A program made the position numbers and the translations under genes. From NCBI RefSeq assembly GCF_964204645.1, contig NC_134031.1, forward strand, positions 9,796,001 through 9,860,000: a stretch of DNA of 64,000 bases. Direction: 5' to 3'. The notes beneath the pieces were generated by a model, which was given only the letters and a program-made list of their open reading frames with translations, was not told where the DNA came from and made no database searches. This document shows, piece after piece, positions 63,781 through 64,000 of this stretch (position 1 is the stretch's first letter; each line of letters starts with the position of its first letter). The stretch is from Tubulanus polymorphus. Taxonomy: Eukaryota; Animalia; Nemertea.

Positions 63781-64000
63781 TAAAGTTAAATTTGTGCTTC
63801 CTTTACCGGTATTGTTGAAATTGTGTACCATTACTGTTGGATATTTGTATACAGTATTATCGTATTATCCTTAAATCCTTCGCGTTTCGCTTCACGTAGA
63901 ATTGAATAGATTTAGTAAACCATGAACTTCTAACCGTATAAATTTTCGGGGCATTTTTGTAAATGCACATTCTTATCCTGTCATTCGTATTAGAAGTATG

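Larger units (their letters stand above)
44104..63790. mobile_element. PIF/Harbinger transposon inflated by nested insertions; right TIR not seen in the window
   Basis: TIR GACCCGGTTCCACAG after CAG, interrupting the Polinton penton remnant; AACTCAGAG subterminal repeats; convergent Myb/SANT (+) and DDE nuclease (-) genes. Confidence 0.8.

Overview
AT-rich eukaryotic DNA, probably from an invertebrate animal. Almost the whole window is intron of one host gene, a facilitated sugar transporter (SLC2A/GLUT-like; three + strand exons at 12556-12657, 35389-35546 and 36128-36252). The main feature is a full-length but mutationally inactivated 16.2-kb Polinton/Maverick (adintovirus-like endogenous virus) at 15470-31658 with a 6-bp TSD GCCGCA. 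It encodes pPolB, rve-chromo integrase, A32-like ATPase, major and minor capsid proteins, an HNH nuclease, zinc-finger and membrane proteins; I see no adenain-type protease. Four further partial or rearranged copies of the family lie nearby. Three traits stand out: (i) ends that fold into 95-152-bp hairpins whose arms co-vary between copies; (ii) a poxvirus-late-promoter-like TAAATG at ten gene starts, plus palindromes where the two gene blocks converge; (iii) a TIR expansion that fused the polymerase N-terminus onto the left-end gene. The right third is a nested stack (Polinton remnant > Harbinger > MULE-type MITE > tyrosine-recombinase retrotransposon with an SGNH hydrolase upstream of gag > BEL/Pao element), plus a solo LTR, a LINE and a hAT-like remnant. 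All family assignments come from motif recognition by eye; no searches were run.
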